Origin: Microbotryum violaceum
Taxonomy: Eukaryota
NCBI GenBank assembly: GCA_001244265.2
Contig: LN717261.1
Coordinates: forward strand, 1,813,591 to 1,877,590
Direction of reading: 5' to 3'
Length of the DNA stretch: 64,000 bases
Shown here: piece by piece, positions 45,604 through 64,000 of the stretch
Layout: each line of letters begins with the position of its first letter
Position numbering within the stretch: position 1 is the stretch's first letter
Translations under genes and position numbers: made by a program
Notes under the pieces: generated by a model
What the model was told of the DNA's origin: nothing
The model's input: the letters and a program-made list of their open reading frames with translations, nothing else
Databases searched by the model: none

Positions 45604-48322
45604 CACATGCGCGCGCGAAAATTATGGCACCCTTAAGGCATCCCTATGGCTCCATATGGCCCGGCATACGGCCTTCCTAAGCATTTAGGCGAATAGCCCT
45701 ATGGCACATATATGGTATGGCACATTATGGCCAGCCAATAGGGCACGAATACGTGCGAGCCATACGGCAGCCATAGGGCGGCTTGATATAGACTCCCGAA
45801 GGAAGCCATAGTGGGACGATAGGGTGGCCCTAATGTAGAAGCATGGACGCAATGTGGTACACGCAGGGCATCAATGAGGAGACCAGCTGGACGCTGTAAT
45901 AAATGCTGGACCAGGTGCTGTAGGTACATATTGCTCTTTTCTGGCTCCTGTAGACTTATCACACGAAGCGACACTCATTGCCAACACTAAAAGCATGTTG
46001 ATACAAGTCTAAAAAAACCCGTTACATGTCTCAGAAAGCCCCACCCATGGTCCACCCCGACTTCACCCCAAGTCGCGCCCGAGTCCCCTTGACACGTCGA
46101 ATGCTCCAGAGAGCTTGTTTGATAGCGCGTTGCTTAGGGTTGCCCGTCCTCGATCTACTCCTCATCTTTGGTGGTCTTCCGTCCTCTTCTTCCTCCTCGC
46201 CTTTTCCGAATTTTCACCCATCTCCTGGACTGCGTCCTGTGTTCGCTCCGGGGATCATTTGTCAGTCCAAGTTCAGCATGTGGCGGACTGAGGGCGCCAC
46301 TCACGGCTACTCGGCTGGCAAAGCTGAGGTTGTTCACCTGATCCTCGACGACTTCAGAGCAGACGGCTTGTAGCGCGTGGTCGCTGAGTGTGCTTTGGGG
46401 ACCCGTCCGGATGCCGGAGTGTCGCTTCATCTTCGCCGTGACCGTGTCGAAGAGAAACCTTGTACGCGCTAAAAAAAGTCACCAAGTGTCAGCATATTCG
46501 ATTATGCCATGTATCTCACCATGAAGCATGAAGCTCACGCTTGATGATCGAACCCCCCATTCCTCTTGTAGCGGCCCGCGTGGTGTGCGTCCGCGGCGTC
46601 TTCGGCGAGGCTGTCACCATAACGCTTGAGCTTGTTTGCGAAGCTGTTGGCCTTGGAATCGCTAGGGTTCGAAATGTTCGGCGCCTTCATCGCCTGCCAC
46701 TGATATGGTGATTACAAGCGCAGGTCAGGATCGAGGGTGGAGGCGGGTTCTTCATATATACGCACCAACGCACCAGTATACTCCACCAGGTCACGTGCCC
46801 TTCCGTGACGGCAACCTGTTGGCCTTTGTACCATTGTTTGATCGTACGACCTAGAGTAGCTTTATCCTGTTGGGATTTATGGATCTGGGAAGAGTTACAA
46901 TTTTGTCAGGACCGCTCGGGGACCACAAGACGCGAGGCGTCTGCTCACATGTCGGAGGAGATCACCACGACCCTGCACCAACAGAGCCGGAATGTTTGAA
47001 AGCAGGTTGTGGCGGAACGGGAGATTCTTGTTGTACGCTTCGGTAGGGACGAGGCCGCTTTTCGTCAAGACCAACTGCGGGTGATGAAGCCTGTCTGAGA
47101 CAATCGTGCGCTGGTACCGAAGTGAAGGTCACGTACTGCAAAAGACTCCGCTGAAGCCGATTGCTTGTAAAAAAAGGAGGTAGCCACAAAGATCTTTACC
47201 ACGGGGGAGGGGGGGGGGGTCGTCTGCTTGGACGTAGACGACGAACCCGACGACACGTTCGGGGCGCGCTCTTGTGTGCCTTGACATGAATCCGCACCCT
47301 GCTGACTGCCATTGCGTCTCCTGCAGGTCTGTATTCGCCAGTTGAAAGGCGCACAAGCGTATATCGATAACTCTCGCAAGGTGAGCTGTGCCCGATGCGA
47401 TCATCCGCCACGCTTCGCGCCACTGACAAGAGTCATGACCCACTGCTCTCTGGCATCGACCGTCGGTGGCCTGCCAATCTTACAGTCCTCGACCGAGAAA
47501 CCCGATGCCAAGAGCCTTGAAGATCAGCTTGGCCAAATACGACGCGACCTTCAGGCATTGCGTGCCATGCTCGAGTCAGTGGTTAAGTTCATCGACACGC
47601 CAAGTATCGACCATCTCAAGGTACGTGTGATCTCCACGCGTGAGGACCCGAAGCATAGATTCAACTGACAAGACGTATTCCACAACCATTGGCAGAGCCG
47701 ACTCCCCCCCTTCGTCTTAGTTTGGACCAATCTTCATCTAAGGCCGTCTCGGATGGTACGTTGCCATCCATATCACTGCCGTCCCTACGCGGTGTTGAGC
47801 TTGAGGATGCAAGAAAACATAGTCGTGTGACACAAGGGTGGAAACCCACTGTACAATGTTCAGCCCTGTAGACCGGAGTACTATCTGCGACCGAACGCGA
47901 CTCTTGGGCTGACAACCATGGCTTCCGTTGGCAGCAATTTTATTATACTGTAGTGCGACCTCGTCGAGCCCGTACGGTATCCCTGCGTGTGCCATATGGC
48001 CCGTCCTTATAGAGCCATAGGACGATCCCTATCGCTCCCATATGGCTACACGACGGCCGCCGTAGGTCTCCCCAACCCCGATGCCTGAAGGATTTTCCCG
48101 ATGGCCGCCGTATGAAAGCACTACGGTGACCGTATGCGCGCGCTAGGGGAAATCCTTATGGCCCTGCCGTTGAAAGGCCCTAGAGAAGCCCTACGGAGGC
48201 CTTAAGGATTATATTCCTATCGAGGCATTACAAAATACCTTATGGAATCCCGAAACTTGCCCTACGGGCCTCATAGGGCAAAAGCTGCCTTATGCCCTCC
48301 ATAATTTTCGCGCGCGCATGTG
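45604..48322. mobile_element. 2.7-kb TIR element, CMC/EnSpm-like (CAC...GTG, TSD TA), non-autonomous
   Basis: Perfect 24-bp TIR CACATGCGCGCGCGAAAATTATGG; TA on both sides; CCCTATGG/CCATAGG subterminal repeats. Confidence 0.85.
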
Positions 48323-48439
48323 TAGGCCAAAATTGCGTCCACCCACGGGAAAACTGTCAAAATCTGCAAAGGCGCCTCGGGGGCAAAGCGTGTGTTTCGT
48401 CCCAAAATGACAGTTTTTTGCAATGCGCCTCAAAAATTT

Positions 48440-48464
48440 TCAGGATTTTGGGTCCTCAAAATGT

Positions 48465-48501
<37 letters not shown>

Positions 48502-48530
48502 CGCCTCCGGCTGGGCTTTCGGGGGACCTG
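48440..48530 (-). mobile_element. Second right-end copy of the CAGG-type TIR, preceded by an A35 tract
   Basis: CGCCTCCGGCTGGGCTTTCGGGGGACCTG; poly(A) at 48466-48500. Confidence 0.7.
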
Positions 48531-48549
48531 CCTTGAGTAACTACGGAGT

Positions 48550-49496
48550 ATTACACTAGCCTTCTACACCGTCCAGTATTTGGGTCCTAGGAGCCGACGC
48601 CGTGACAAAACACCCGCACACCAAATGTAACGCTCAAAAGTCTCGCGCTTTCGCCCAGAGCGTGCATCCGAACAAATGGGGCGTGGTCTACGGCTCCGGA
48701 AGTCTCGAAGGCATCTCGGTATCAGACAGGGTGTCCGTCGGGGGCTACGTCATTCCCGACCAACAATTCGGAGTCGCGAAGAGAACCCTTCCCGTGCTCG
48801 ATGGGTTCAAGATCGACGGTGTGATGGGTCTCGCTTTCCCCGCTAGTTCAAGCATAGATGTCACCTCATTCATGGAGAACCTTATCCATGGAAAAGGCGA
48901 TCATTTTCTTCCCCTTCCTGTCGCAAGTTTCCACCTTCAACGGGGTCACACAACCGGAGGTGAGATGTGTGTCGGATGCATCGACGATTCCATGTTCAAA
49001 AGCAAGTTAAACTACCTCCCTGTGAAGGAGACAGAGCTATGGCAAGTCCAATGCGACGGCATGGTCATCGGAAATACCTTGATCAAAGGGACCAAGATGC
49101 TCGCCGCGTTCGATACGGGATCAGCGTTGATTAAAGTCCCCACCCTGGTCGCGCAACATCTCGTCAAGCACCTGCCTGGCAGCAGCAAGCTTCGCTCCGA
49201 CAGGACCATTACGATGCCGTGCAACTCGAACTCAATGGGGTCTTTCGGTTTCTCGTTTGGTGGTCAAACGTATAAGATCCCGTTGGTCGATCTTCAAATG
49301 GGTATCTATGATGAAGCCCATCCGGGCCAGTGCACGTTCGGCATTTTCGCCGATGATCGATTTCAAAAACTCGGAAGGAGAATCGATGGCTATCCTAGGG
49401 GAATCGTTCCTCAAGACAGTTTATCCGGTCTTCAATTATTCGAAACACGGTCAAGCTTCGGTTGGGATCGCGCCTTTGAGGGATCATGTATCATGA
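48550..49496 (+). pseudogene. Pepsin-family (A1) aspartic protease pseudogene, 5'-truncated
   Basis: Decayed first catalytic motif (AFYT-SSIWV); YGSGSLEG; DGVMGLAF; intact FDTGS; ILGESFL reached only through a frameshift near 49375. Confidence 0.88.
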
Positions 49497-49699
49497 GCTC
49501 GACTCGCGTTGTATAGCCTTGCCTCCAGCTCTTCAACAATTTAGTGGTCTTATTCAGCGTCCTGGTGACTTTTTATCGTATTGAAGGCTTGGATCCTACT
49601 TACAAAAAGCTCTCATAGTATTATCTCATTTTCTTTATCGCATCGCCCAGTGCTCCTTCCCACGAATTTCTGAAATGATCCACTCAGCGCCCCACCGGT

Positions 49700-50030
49700 T
49701 CGAGGAGTTGCGGCATTCGGGCGACAAAGGGACCCGTCTACACCAACATAAGACCTCGACCTCGCCGAGAAGAGGACGGTCCCCGTTAATGAAAATTTGG
49801 CTATCGACGGGTTGATGGGAATCACCTTTCTCGACTTGACGGGGATAGTTGCCGTCGGTTTCTTCATGGAGGACCTCATCGGAGGCAAAGGGAACCGTAC
49901 GCTTAAGCTTCCTCTCCCCGTCGTCAGTAGGGTCAGTCGCTATCTTCAACGCAACATCAAACACAGCAGCGAGGTATATTTCGATTGCATTGACAGTTCA
50001 AAGTACGAAGGCACGCTGAAATACGTCTAG
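49700..50030 (+). pseudogene. Second tandem aspartic-protease fragment
   Basis: IDGLMGITF...FMEDLIGGKG...LPLPVVS...CIDSSKYEGTLKYV aligns by eye with the upstream copy. Confidence 0.78.
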
Positions 50031-50196
50031 CAGCCTCTTGCAATTCGATCGTAGATCAATATTGACGAATTATGATATGATATGCCAAATGTACGGGTAT
50101 AACCCAAGCCACCAATCCAAACTAACTGCCCGCCCACTCCCCGGTAAGAAAGAGAAACCTCAATCGCGAACATTGACGAGTTTCTCCGCCGGAGAC

Positions 50197-51314
50197 CTAG
50201 CGATATTGTCCCATCATAGGCCCTCCCATATCATGTCCCTGTCCTCCTCCTCCTCCTCCTCCTCCTCCTCCTCCTCCTCCACAGCCCTCCCCATCTCCCG
50301 CACCCGCCCCCCCGGTACCCTGACTTCCGAACCTCACTGCACTACTTCTCCTCGTCACATGTCTCGTATGAGGCGAGCCTGATCGGACTGAATTCCGGAG
50401 GGAAGAAGGAGATCCTTGAGTTCTTGCTTGGGTGCGAGCTCCGTATCCGGATGAAGTGGGTTCTATTTGGTCATAAGGGTTGGGTCGGGTAGGAGCCATC
50501 ACTTTTATGAACAGGGGAGGGAGGGTTAGTTTCTTCCTTGGGCGGTTTGACGAGGGACACCTTCGTGTGCATAACTCACTATCCTCATAAACGCCACCCC
50601 TCCTCGAACCCGTACACTTCTTCCAAGCCCATAAGACTAACAGCACCAACAAACCCAATCCGACCAAACTCCCAACGACGATTCCGGCGATATCGCAATG
50701 CGAAAGATGTTTCGACGACGATGAGGAGAGGGAATTAGGAGCGACGAGAGGGGAGTTGGAGGAAGTGAATGTGGTAGGATCGGAAGAGGTCGGGTTGGGG
50801 CTGGGTGTGGTAGGTAGGGTGGGAGCTGGTGAAGGAGCTGTAGGGATTTCAGTCGTGGAGGTCGTGTTGGTCACCGTCGAGTTGAGGGGTGTCGACCCGA
50901 AAGGAGTCGACGTTCCGGAAGGAGGAGTCGACGTCGATGAAGGATCTGTGTAAAGGGGCACTGCCTTCCTCAGCCCACAGTTCTTCCCACACTGAATACT
51001 GAGGCCCGGCCTAACCCACTGTTGTTAACAATCACTACAATCGTCACCGGCCCTTGTACGATCGTCGTCCCATTCTCCAAGGGCACGCTCGAATTCACAT
51101 TTACGTAGGCCGTTGGGACGGCCTGGCTCGGCGAACCCGAGCCTGAGTCTGAGCCTGGGGAGGCTGACCCAGGGCCGTCGGTTTTGGAAGGAGCTTGTGG
51201 GTCATCTTTGGTCGTTGTACTACTGAGTTTGTGCGAGCTTGATCTCCTCGGATTCGAGGTTTGGGATCGCTGTGGACTAAGAAGGTGCACCATCGTCAAT
51301 ACGCAGGGCCGCAC
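50197..51314 (-). CDS. Ser/Thr/Pro-rich single-pass membrane protein (Mid2/Wsc-like architecture); exon structure uncertain
   Basis: Mucin-like tract, then TM segment IAGIVVGSLVGLGLLVLLVLWAW followed by KK. Confidence 0.6.
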
Positions 51315-53286
51315 TGCAGTGCACTCGGCGAATCAGGCTCTCCTTTCAAGTTCCACGTGACCCATGCGAGAAGAAACGGGACGTACATCACCCAAAGAGC
51401 CTCTCTCATCGTAATCACTCTCCTTGAGGGTCCTTCGTTTCTTCATCGAGTCAACTTTCATCGTCGGTGACGTGAAGTGGGAGATTTTTCAAACAGAGTC
51501 ACCTCGCGTGGCGTCTGGAACGAGCGCGTCGTCGCGTGTGTTTGATGATTCGCAGCGTGTCCGAAACGCCGAGCGTTTGAAGCGAGAGTACCAGGGCGCG
51601 AAGGGTCGTAGAATGTGTTGAACGAGCGTGGGTCAAGTAAAGAAGGTGAATAAAGGTGGGTAGAGGTGATCTGATAAACTGAGGCTGAGGGAAAAGGGGG
51701 GTCTGGACTCTGGAGCGAGTTGCAGTCGGTGGTTCCTTTCGGCAGCTCGGTAATGAATTCGGTCTCGGCCACCGCGCGTGGACCCAGTTCGGAGGGTCGG
51801 AGCCGCCGAGCTTCGAGTCCCGAGTCTCGAAATGCGGAAAACTTTCTCGGGTGCTCAACCTGTAGATCATTCGAAGTGAAGGAGATATATGAAGCTGGTG
51901 GAAAACATCATAGAATTGAACCTAAATTTTGCTACAAGGAGTCGCTCACATCTCGCAACTGCAAACTCAGCAAGTGTCATGCAAAGAAACGAACACAGGG
52001 ATACTGACTATCTGACAGGCCTTACCCAAAACCACCATGACAACAGCGAAACCCCATCTTTATCCCCTCGAACAAGCCTCACAGTAATACTTGTCCGGAA
52101 TGTTATCGGGATCGAGGCCGACGCAAAAGGCGTGATACCATTTGTAGCCTTTGCATGCTGCGCCGCTCTCGCAGCCGATCAGCTCCTAATGATGTAGGTT
52201 GATGTTACTGTGAGTATCAGCGAGTTCGATAAAACTGTAGGACTACATTCACTCGCCTCTTCTTGCCAGCTCCTGCAACACAGGCACACTTCAGACCTCT
52301 GCAAATCCCAAAAAACCCCTATCAGCGCTAGCCCACGACGCGCATGCGCTCATCCCACTCGCTCTTATCCCCATAAAGTCAGACTCACCTCAGCACTCTG
52401 ACTCTCTTCCCCTGGCTCCCCATCCGTCAACCAAACCGCCGCATCCTTCCTCCCCCTCTCCCACTCCTCACCCCCTTTGATCCTCGCCTCCACCCACTTC
52501 TGTACACTCCTCTCATCCATCGCTAATTTCAACTCAATCACTTGCGCATGGCGGTGTTGGATCTGAATCTTGTCGGTCTTTTTGGTTCGGGAGAGGCGTT
52601 GTTTGAGGTCTTTGATCAGACGAGAGATGTGGGAGCGGCTGGGGGGCTTGAGGCGCGAGGCGGGGATCCAGTGCCTGCGCTCATGTTGAAGACGTTGGAT
52701 GAGTGCCTGCACGTCAATATACGTGGTATCAGAATAGGTCAGATTAGAGAAATACGATCACAACTGACCAAGTATCACCTCCTAGAACAGAGACGAGCAA
52801 CGACGCGAAATTGCGTTTTCCGAGAATCTCAGCTTGTTCGACAGGGGCCGTCGCACCGTCAAACACCTGCACGTGTACCGAATTGTATTCAGCTTTCAGC
52901 AGAACCAACTCTAAACAATCGGATTTGGATAAGGTCATCACGCACCACTGCTGGAATCCAACTTGACGCTTCTCGACCTTCAAGTCCTTTAGCGAGTACG
53001 ACGGACCCAATGGGGAATTCGGCGGATTGCTTGGTCATCATGCTGCTCGAAGAAGTCGGCGACGAGATATTAGAACCTAAAGCCGAGGCACGAGATACGT
53101 TTAGTACGAGAGCCAAGGATGATAGTAAAGACAGTTGGAGAAAGAAGAGAAACGCAGAGTAGGAGCGCGCGAGGCAAGCAATAGCCGCGCGAGGCGACTA
53201 ATATCAACAACTAGTAACTAATCGTGATCGGTAATAGAAGTGGGATAAAACAGCAATATACACTCTGACACCCGGCCGTGCTGTCA

Positions 53287-54057
<771 letters not shown>

Positions 54058-55225
54058 AACAAGATGAATGCGTAGCCCATGGTTGATCGCGAGGTTGTCA
54101 GGCAGGCTCCCCACTTTGCATCCGAGTAGCCATGGAGCGGTTAGTTGGTCTTGCGGTAGGTGAGCCCCAAGTCCAGCGTGCCTTTGATGTAGCGGAGGAC
54201 GTGCTTGATGGCTGTCCAATGCTCCGGGCCGGGTTGCTGCGAGAAGCGCGCGAGGTAGCTGACCACAAAAGCGAGGTCTGGACGAGTGTCAACCGCGGCG
54301 TACATCAACGAACCAATGGCCTGCAAGTGGCGAGTGCGATCCTCAGGGGTAGCAGACGAGTTCTCGAAATCAAGGACGGCACCGGGTTGCATGGGGACGC
54401 TCGCCGGCTTGGCATCGGCAAATTGGAACCTGGCCAAGATATCTCGAAGGTAGCGTTCTTGGGAGAGTGTGATGGACCCGTTGTGCCCGTGTTTGACTTG
54501 GATGCCGAGGATGTATTTGGCAGGCCCGAGACGTTTGATACCATATGCGAGTTCCAATGCGTCAAGAACCCTGTCAATCTTGGCGGTAGAGGGCCCAACC
54601 AACAGCAAGTTGTCAACGTAAAAGGCAATGTAATGAGAGTGCCCGTCGTGTTCGCGGCGGTAGATGCAGATGTCCAATCGGGTGGGCACGTATCCGAGGG
54701 AGCGCAAAGTCGAGTCAATCTCCGCGTTCCAGATGGTGCCCGCTTGGCGGAGTCCGTAGATGGATTTGGACAGCCTGAGGATCTTGCCAGGCATGTCAAT
54801 GCCTTGTGGAATGCGCATGTAGAGAGGCTTGTCAAGTTTGCCATGGAGGTACGTCTTGTTGACGTTGGCTTGATGGACATGGTAGCCGTTGGCCGCGGTG
54901 AGGGCAATGAGAGCCCAAATGGACGTGAACTTGACGACGGGGGCATAGTTCTGCTCAAAGTCAATGCCAGGGCGTTGGGCACAACCGTGGGCGACAAGAC
55001 GAGCCTTGCGATCGATGATGTCCCCGTGCTGGTTGCGTTTAGTTCGGAACACCCAGCCCGACGGTAAGAGGATCTCACCCGCGGGGAGCTCACAGGAGTC
55101 AATGACTTCGAACACCTTGTATTTGTTGAGAAGTGAATCGAATTCGTCGTGTGCCGGGCCACCCCACGTGTCCTGTTGTCCCGATAGGATGACATCGCCC
55201 CAATTGGCTGGATCTCGGACAATGG

Positions 55226-55436
55226 TGAAAGGCACGAGATTGCTCTCGAGCCTCACTGGTTCCAAGTCCAAACTGAAAGGATCAAACGGTGTAATTTGCA
55301 GGCGAAGAAAGACTACTAAAAGGACTAAGGTCAAGAGACGCGGCGGCGCCGCACACGAGGGCAAGCGTGAGGCCGCAGAGGTCGGCTAGGGTCGACACGA
55401 GGTCGTCGTGAGGCGTAAGCGGAGCGGCACCTTACA
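55226..55436. mobile_element. 211-bp solo LTR in Copia-C
   Basis: TG...CA termini; TSD AATGG/AACGG; removal restores HDLSVVRDPANW. Confidence 0.85.
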
Positions 55437-56201
55437 AACGGATAAGTCGTGCTCCGCAAAGCCGGCTTTGGTGGACGCGAAGGCACGGAGCATGCCCTGG
55501 AAGGCGGGAGTGGGTCCATCAGGTCCGCCAACAAGGTCTTCCCGCGTGATGAGGGTGGGAACGAGTTGGCGGCGAGTCCGGGGGCCAGCAATGATGTTCC
55601 GAGCGTCGATTTCACCGTACTTCCCTGGATTGGGACCAACCTTGGCAACATTGCCGTACTCCCAAGTGGGCTTGACTTTGGCAAGTGGAGTTGGTTCCGG
55701 TGGTGCTGGTTCCGGAGACGCTGCGGCAGGTGGATTGAAGAAGTGGCATTGTTGTTGAGCAAAGGCGGCTGGGTGGGTTCGACGAGCACGGGAGGTAACG
55801 GCGTTGCCGGAGCGTCGGCAGGTGGAGGACAGGGATAGAAACCCGGAACGGAAGGCGGTGTAACGCGGGCGGGAACGGCAACGAAGGGGAACTCGGTTTC
55901 GAGGAACGTCACATTCCGGCTCAAACTCACGCGCATTGAGGAGGGATCGAGAAGGCGCCAGGCTTTTGTGTGTCGATCGTAACCCACAAAGACCAGCGGA
56001 ATCCCTTTTGGGTTGAGTTTGTCCCGACAATGAGCCAGCACGGTGGCCCAGGCGCGACAACCAAATGCTCGAAGCGCTCCCACGGTTGGGGGGGCGCCTG
56101 ACCAGCAACAATTTCGCGTGTCCGGGCACTTGTCCACCCAGTGTTTGCCTTGACCACAGGCCGGACAGTTGCTTGGGGCCGGGCCTGAACGATCCCATCT
56201 A

Positions 56202-61751
<5,550 letters not shown>

Positions 61752-61787
61752 GTGGGCACGGAGGCGTGCTGAAGTAATCTTTGATCA

Positions 61788-62004
<217 letters not shown>

Positions 62005-64000
62005 GGCGCGTAGCGTGCGGCGAGCGCCAGCCAGCAGTCGTGCGCCAAGCCACCCGTTTGAATGAGTGACCCGAGGGTGGCTTTGGTCGTGACCGTGAGC
62101 GAGGACGCAAGCGCTCGGGCCGCGTAATCCTCCCAGTGCGTGTGGAAGGCGGGTGGCCAAGAAGGGTCATGCTGGCCCTTGCGAAGGTAGGCGCAGACCT
62201 TGCGAGCGTAGGTAGTCAACATTGCGAGGTCCCAGTCAACGTAGTTATCCTTGGTGAGCTTCGAGTCATCGGGGAAGGCGGGAGGGTTGACGGGGGGGAG
62301 GTGACGCATGGAGATTGTGTCGTCTTCCTGCGCTTGTGCGGGGCGTTGGTTCTTTACGAGAGCGTCGTATTGCTCCTTGGTGAGCGTGACGACGGTGGTG
62401 GGGGCGACATCGAAGGGCTGGTTCGACGTTGATGACGATGGTGGAGGAGGAGGCGTGGATGCCATGCCACCGATATCGTCGGAGTTGCCCCAAGCAGGTT
62501 GGCTCATAACCTATTAGAACCTAAAGCCGAGGCACGAGATACGTTTAGTACAAGAGCCGAGGATGATAGTAAAGACAGTTGGAGAAAGAAGAGAAGCGCA
62601 GAGTAGGATCGCGCGAGGCGACTAATATCAACAACTAGTAACTAATCGTGATCGGTAATAGAAGTGGGATGAAACAGCAATATACACTCTGACACGAGAG
62701 GCCGGGGCTCGCAGACTTGGTACTCGAGTGGGAGACGTTCCTTGCATGACGAGATGATGCACGGTCAGTCAAAGTTGTGGACTCGATCCTTGGCTCTTTC
62801 TTGGCTTCAAAGGCCAATGCTGGTTGTGAAAGAACTCGGACTTGATCGAGTTGCGCAGCTCGAGCGGAACGCTTCTTGGTCCTCGTCAACTCGGCTACCG
62901 AATTGTCGGGTGAGAGGGAAGCCGTCATGTCGGAAGCTTGAGATGTCTCCTCAACATGTGATCTCCAGCTGGCTAAAACTCCTGTTCGGACGCTGGGTGA
63001 CGAGTCGATTGCTTGGTGTGGTGCAAGTTGAGCAGGAGGACTAAGAGCGGTGTCTTGGATCGAAAGTGGGTTCGCGGCTGGAGCTGCTGCGACGGGAGTC
63101 TCAGCTCTGTTGAGCGGGAGATGATCAGCTTGTACTCTAATGTCGCTCTTATCAGCGCTGTGCAGCTCACGCAACCCACGGAGAAGCGTTCCTCGACAGA
63201 ACGGGTCGGGAGAAGCTTGGGACCATTTCCGAGTTCACATTCGAGCTCGTCGCAGCGACGGTGGGATCCTTGACGACTGGGGGAGCCGTAGCGGTCTGGC
63301 ACTTGACACTGTGCAAGAAGCAAGAGACATCAAAAGACTTTCTGACTGTCGAAGCAGACATCAAGCCCTCACATCTGAGCTTGAATCGTCCCCTCCAGTC
63401 GCTGACACCACTCGACGCATTCCGCCTTGTCATCGTCGAACTCGAAGCGTTGGAAGCGCTTGAGCACTCGCAAGACCAATTCGAGGCCGTACTCGCCAGC
63501 GATCTTGATCTCGGACCCAGGATCGGAAGAGTGCTCAGTAGGGTCAGAGGAGTTGGCGGTGGAAGTATACACTTCCTGAAGAGCGCGCACGACGCTCGCC
63601 CACTCGATGAAAGTCGTCAATGCGAGGCGTGCGAATCGTTGAGCCGCGACGTCGTGCCATTCGACGATGGGAGGGCCGCTCGAAAACGACGACAGTGAGC
63701 TAATACTGATCGACGGGCTGAGTCCGAAGCCGATGCTATTCTGGCTTGCGCCAGCGACAACGAGAGAGTCGCTGCAAGGTCGTCCGAGCTGGGGCGCATG
63801 GTCGCCACTGCTGACGCGGCCACGCGTCTTGAATGTCAATGCTCGCAAGCGGTCGAGAGCAGCCGATAACGAGGTGAGCGCTTGATTTACCGTCGCATCC
63901 GAGACGACGAGGGTCGAGGTCATCATTCCTAGGATGGGACAGTGGTAGAGGTTCGATGAAGGGACACCCTCGAAACTCGATCTGACGCTGGCCATGTCAT

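Noticed and set aside
48579-48590. TTGGGTCCTA as the partner TIR of TAGGGACCCAA at 20056
   Set aside because: Too short, and explained as the IWVL codons of the protease pseudogene

Overview
Eukaryotic, intron-rich fungal DNA, most likely a Pucciniomycotina basidiomycete such as Microbotryum. That assignment is an inference from the gene style and from C-to-T hypermutation at (T)CG sites in the repeats. Three conserved genes look intact: VPS35, MCM10 and ESF2. Other host-type sequences are a PWWP-like/PHD-finger gene split by a Copia insertion, a Ser/Thr-rich single-pass membrane protein, two aspartic-protease pseudogenes and a GH3 fragment. Most of the window is decayed, nested transposons: Helitron remnants and 3' termini, a DUF6589 (probably Academ-type) transposase remnant, and three kinds of TIR DNA elements. 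There are two LTR nests resolvable by TSDs: Copia-B > Gypsy-A > Copia-A > L1-like LINE, and Copia-C holding Gypsy-B, three solo LTRs and a rearranged LTR. The most unusual observation is an ~8-kb L1/Tx1-like LINE unit that starts with a complete antisense tRNA-like Pol III gene with an aberrant anticodon loop (UUA at the anticodon position). Also notable are a 4.5-kb quasi-palindromic TIR element with unknown cargo and Copia LTRs ending in TG...TA. All calls were made by eye; no database searches were run.
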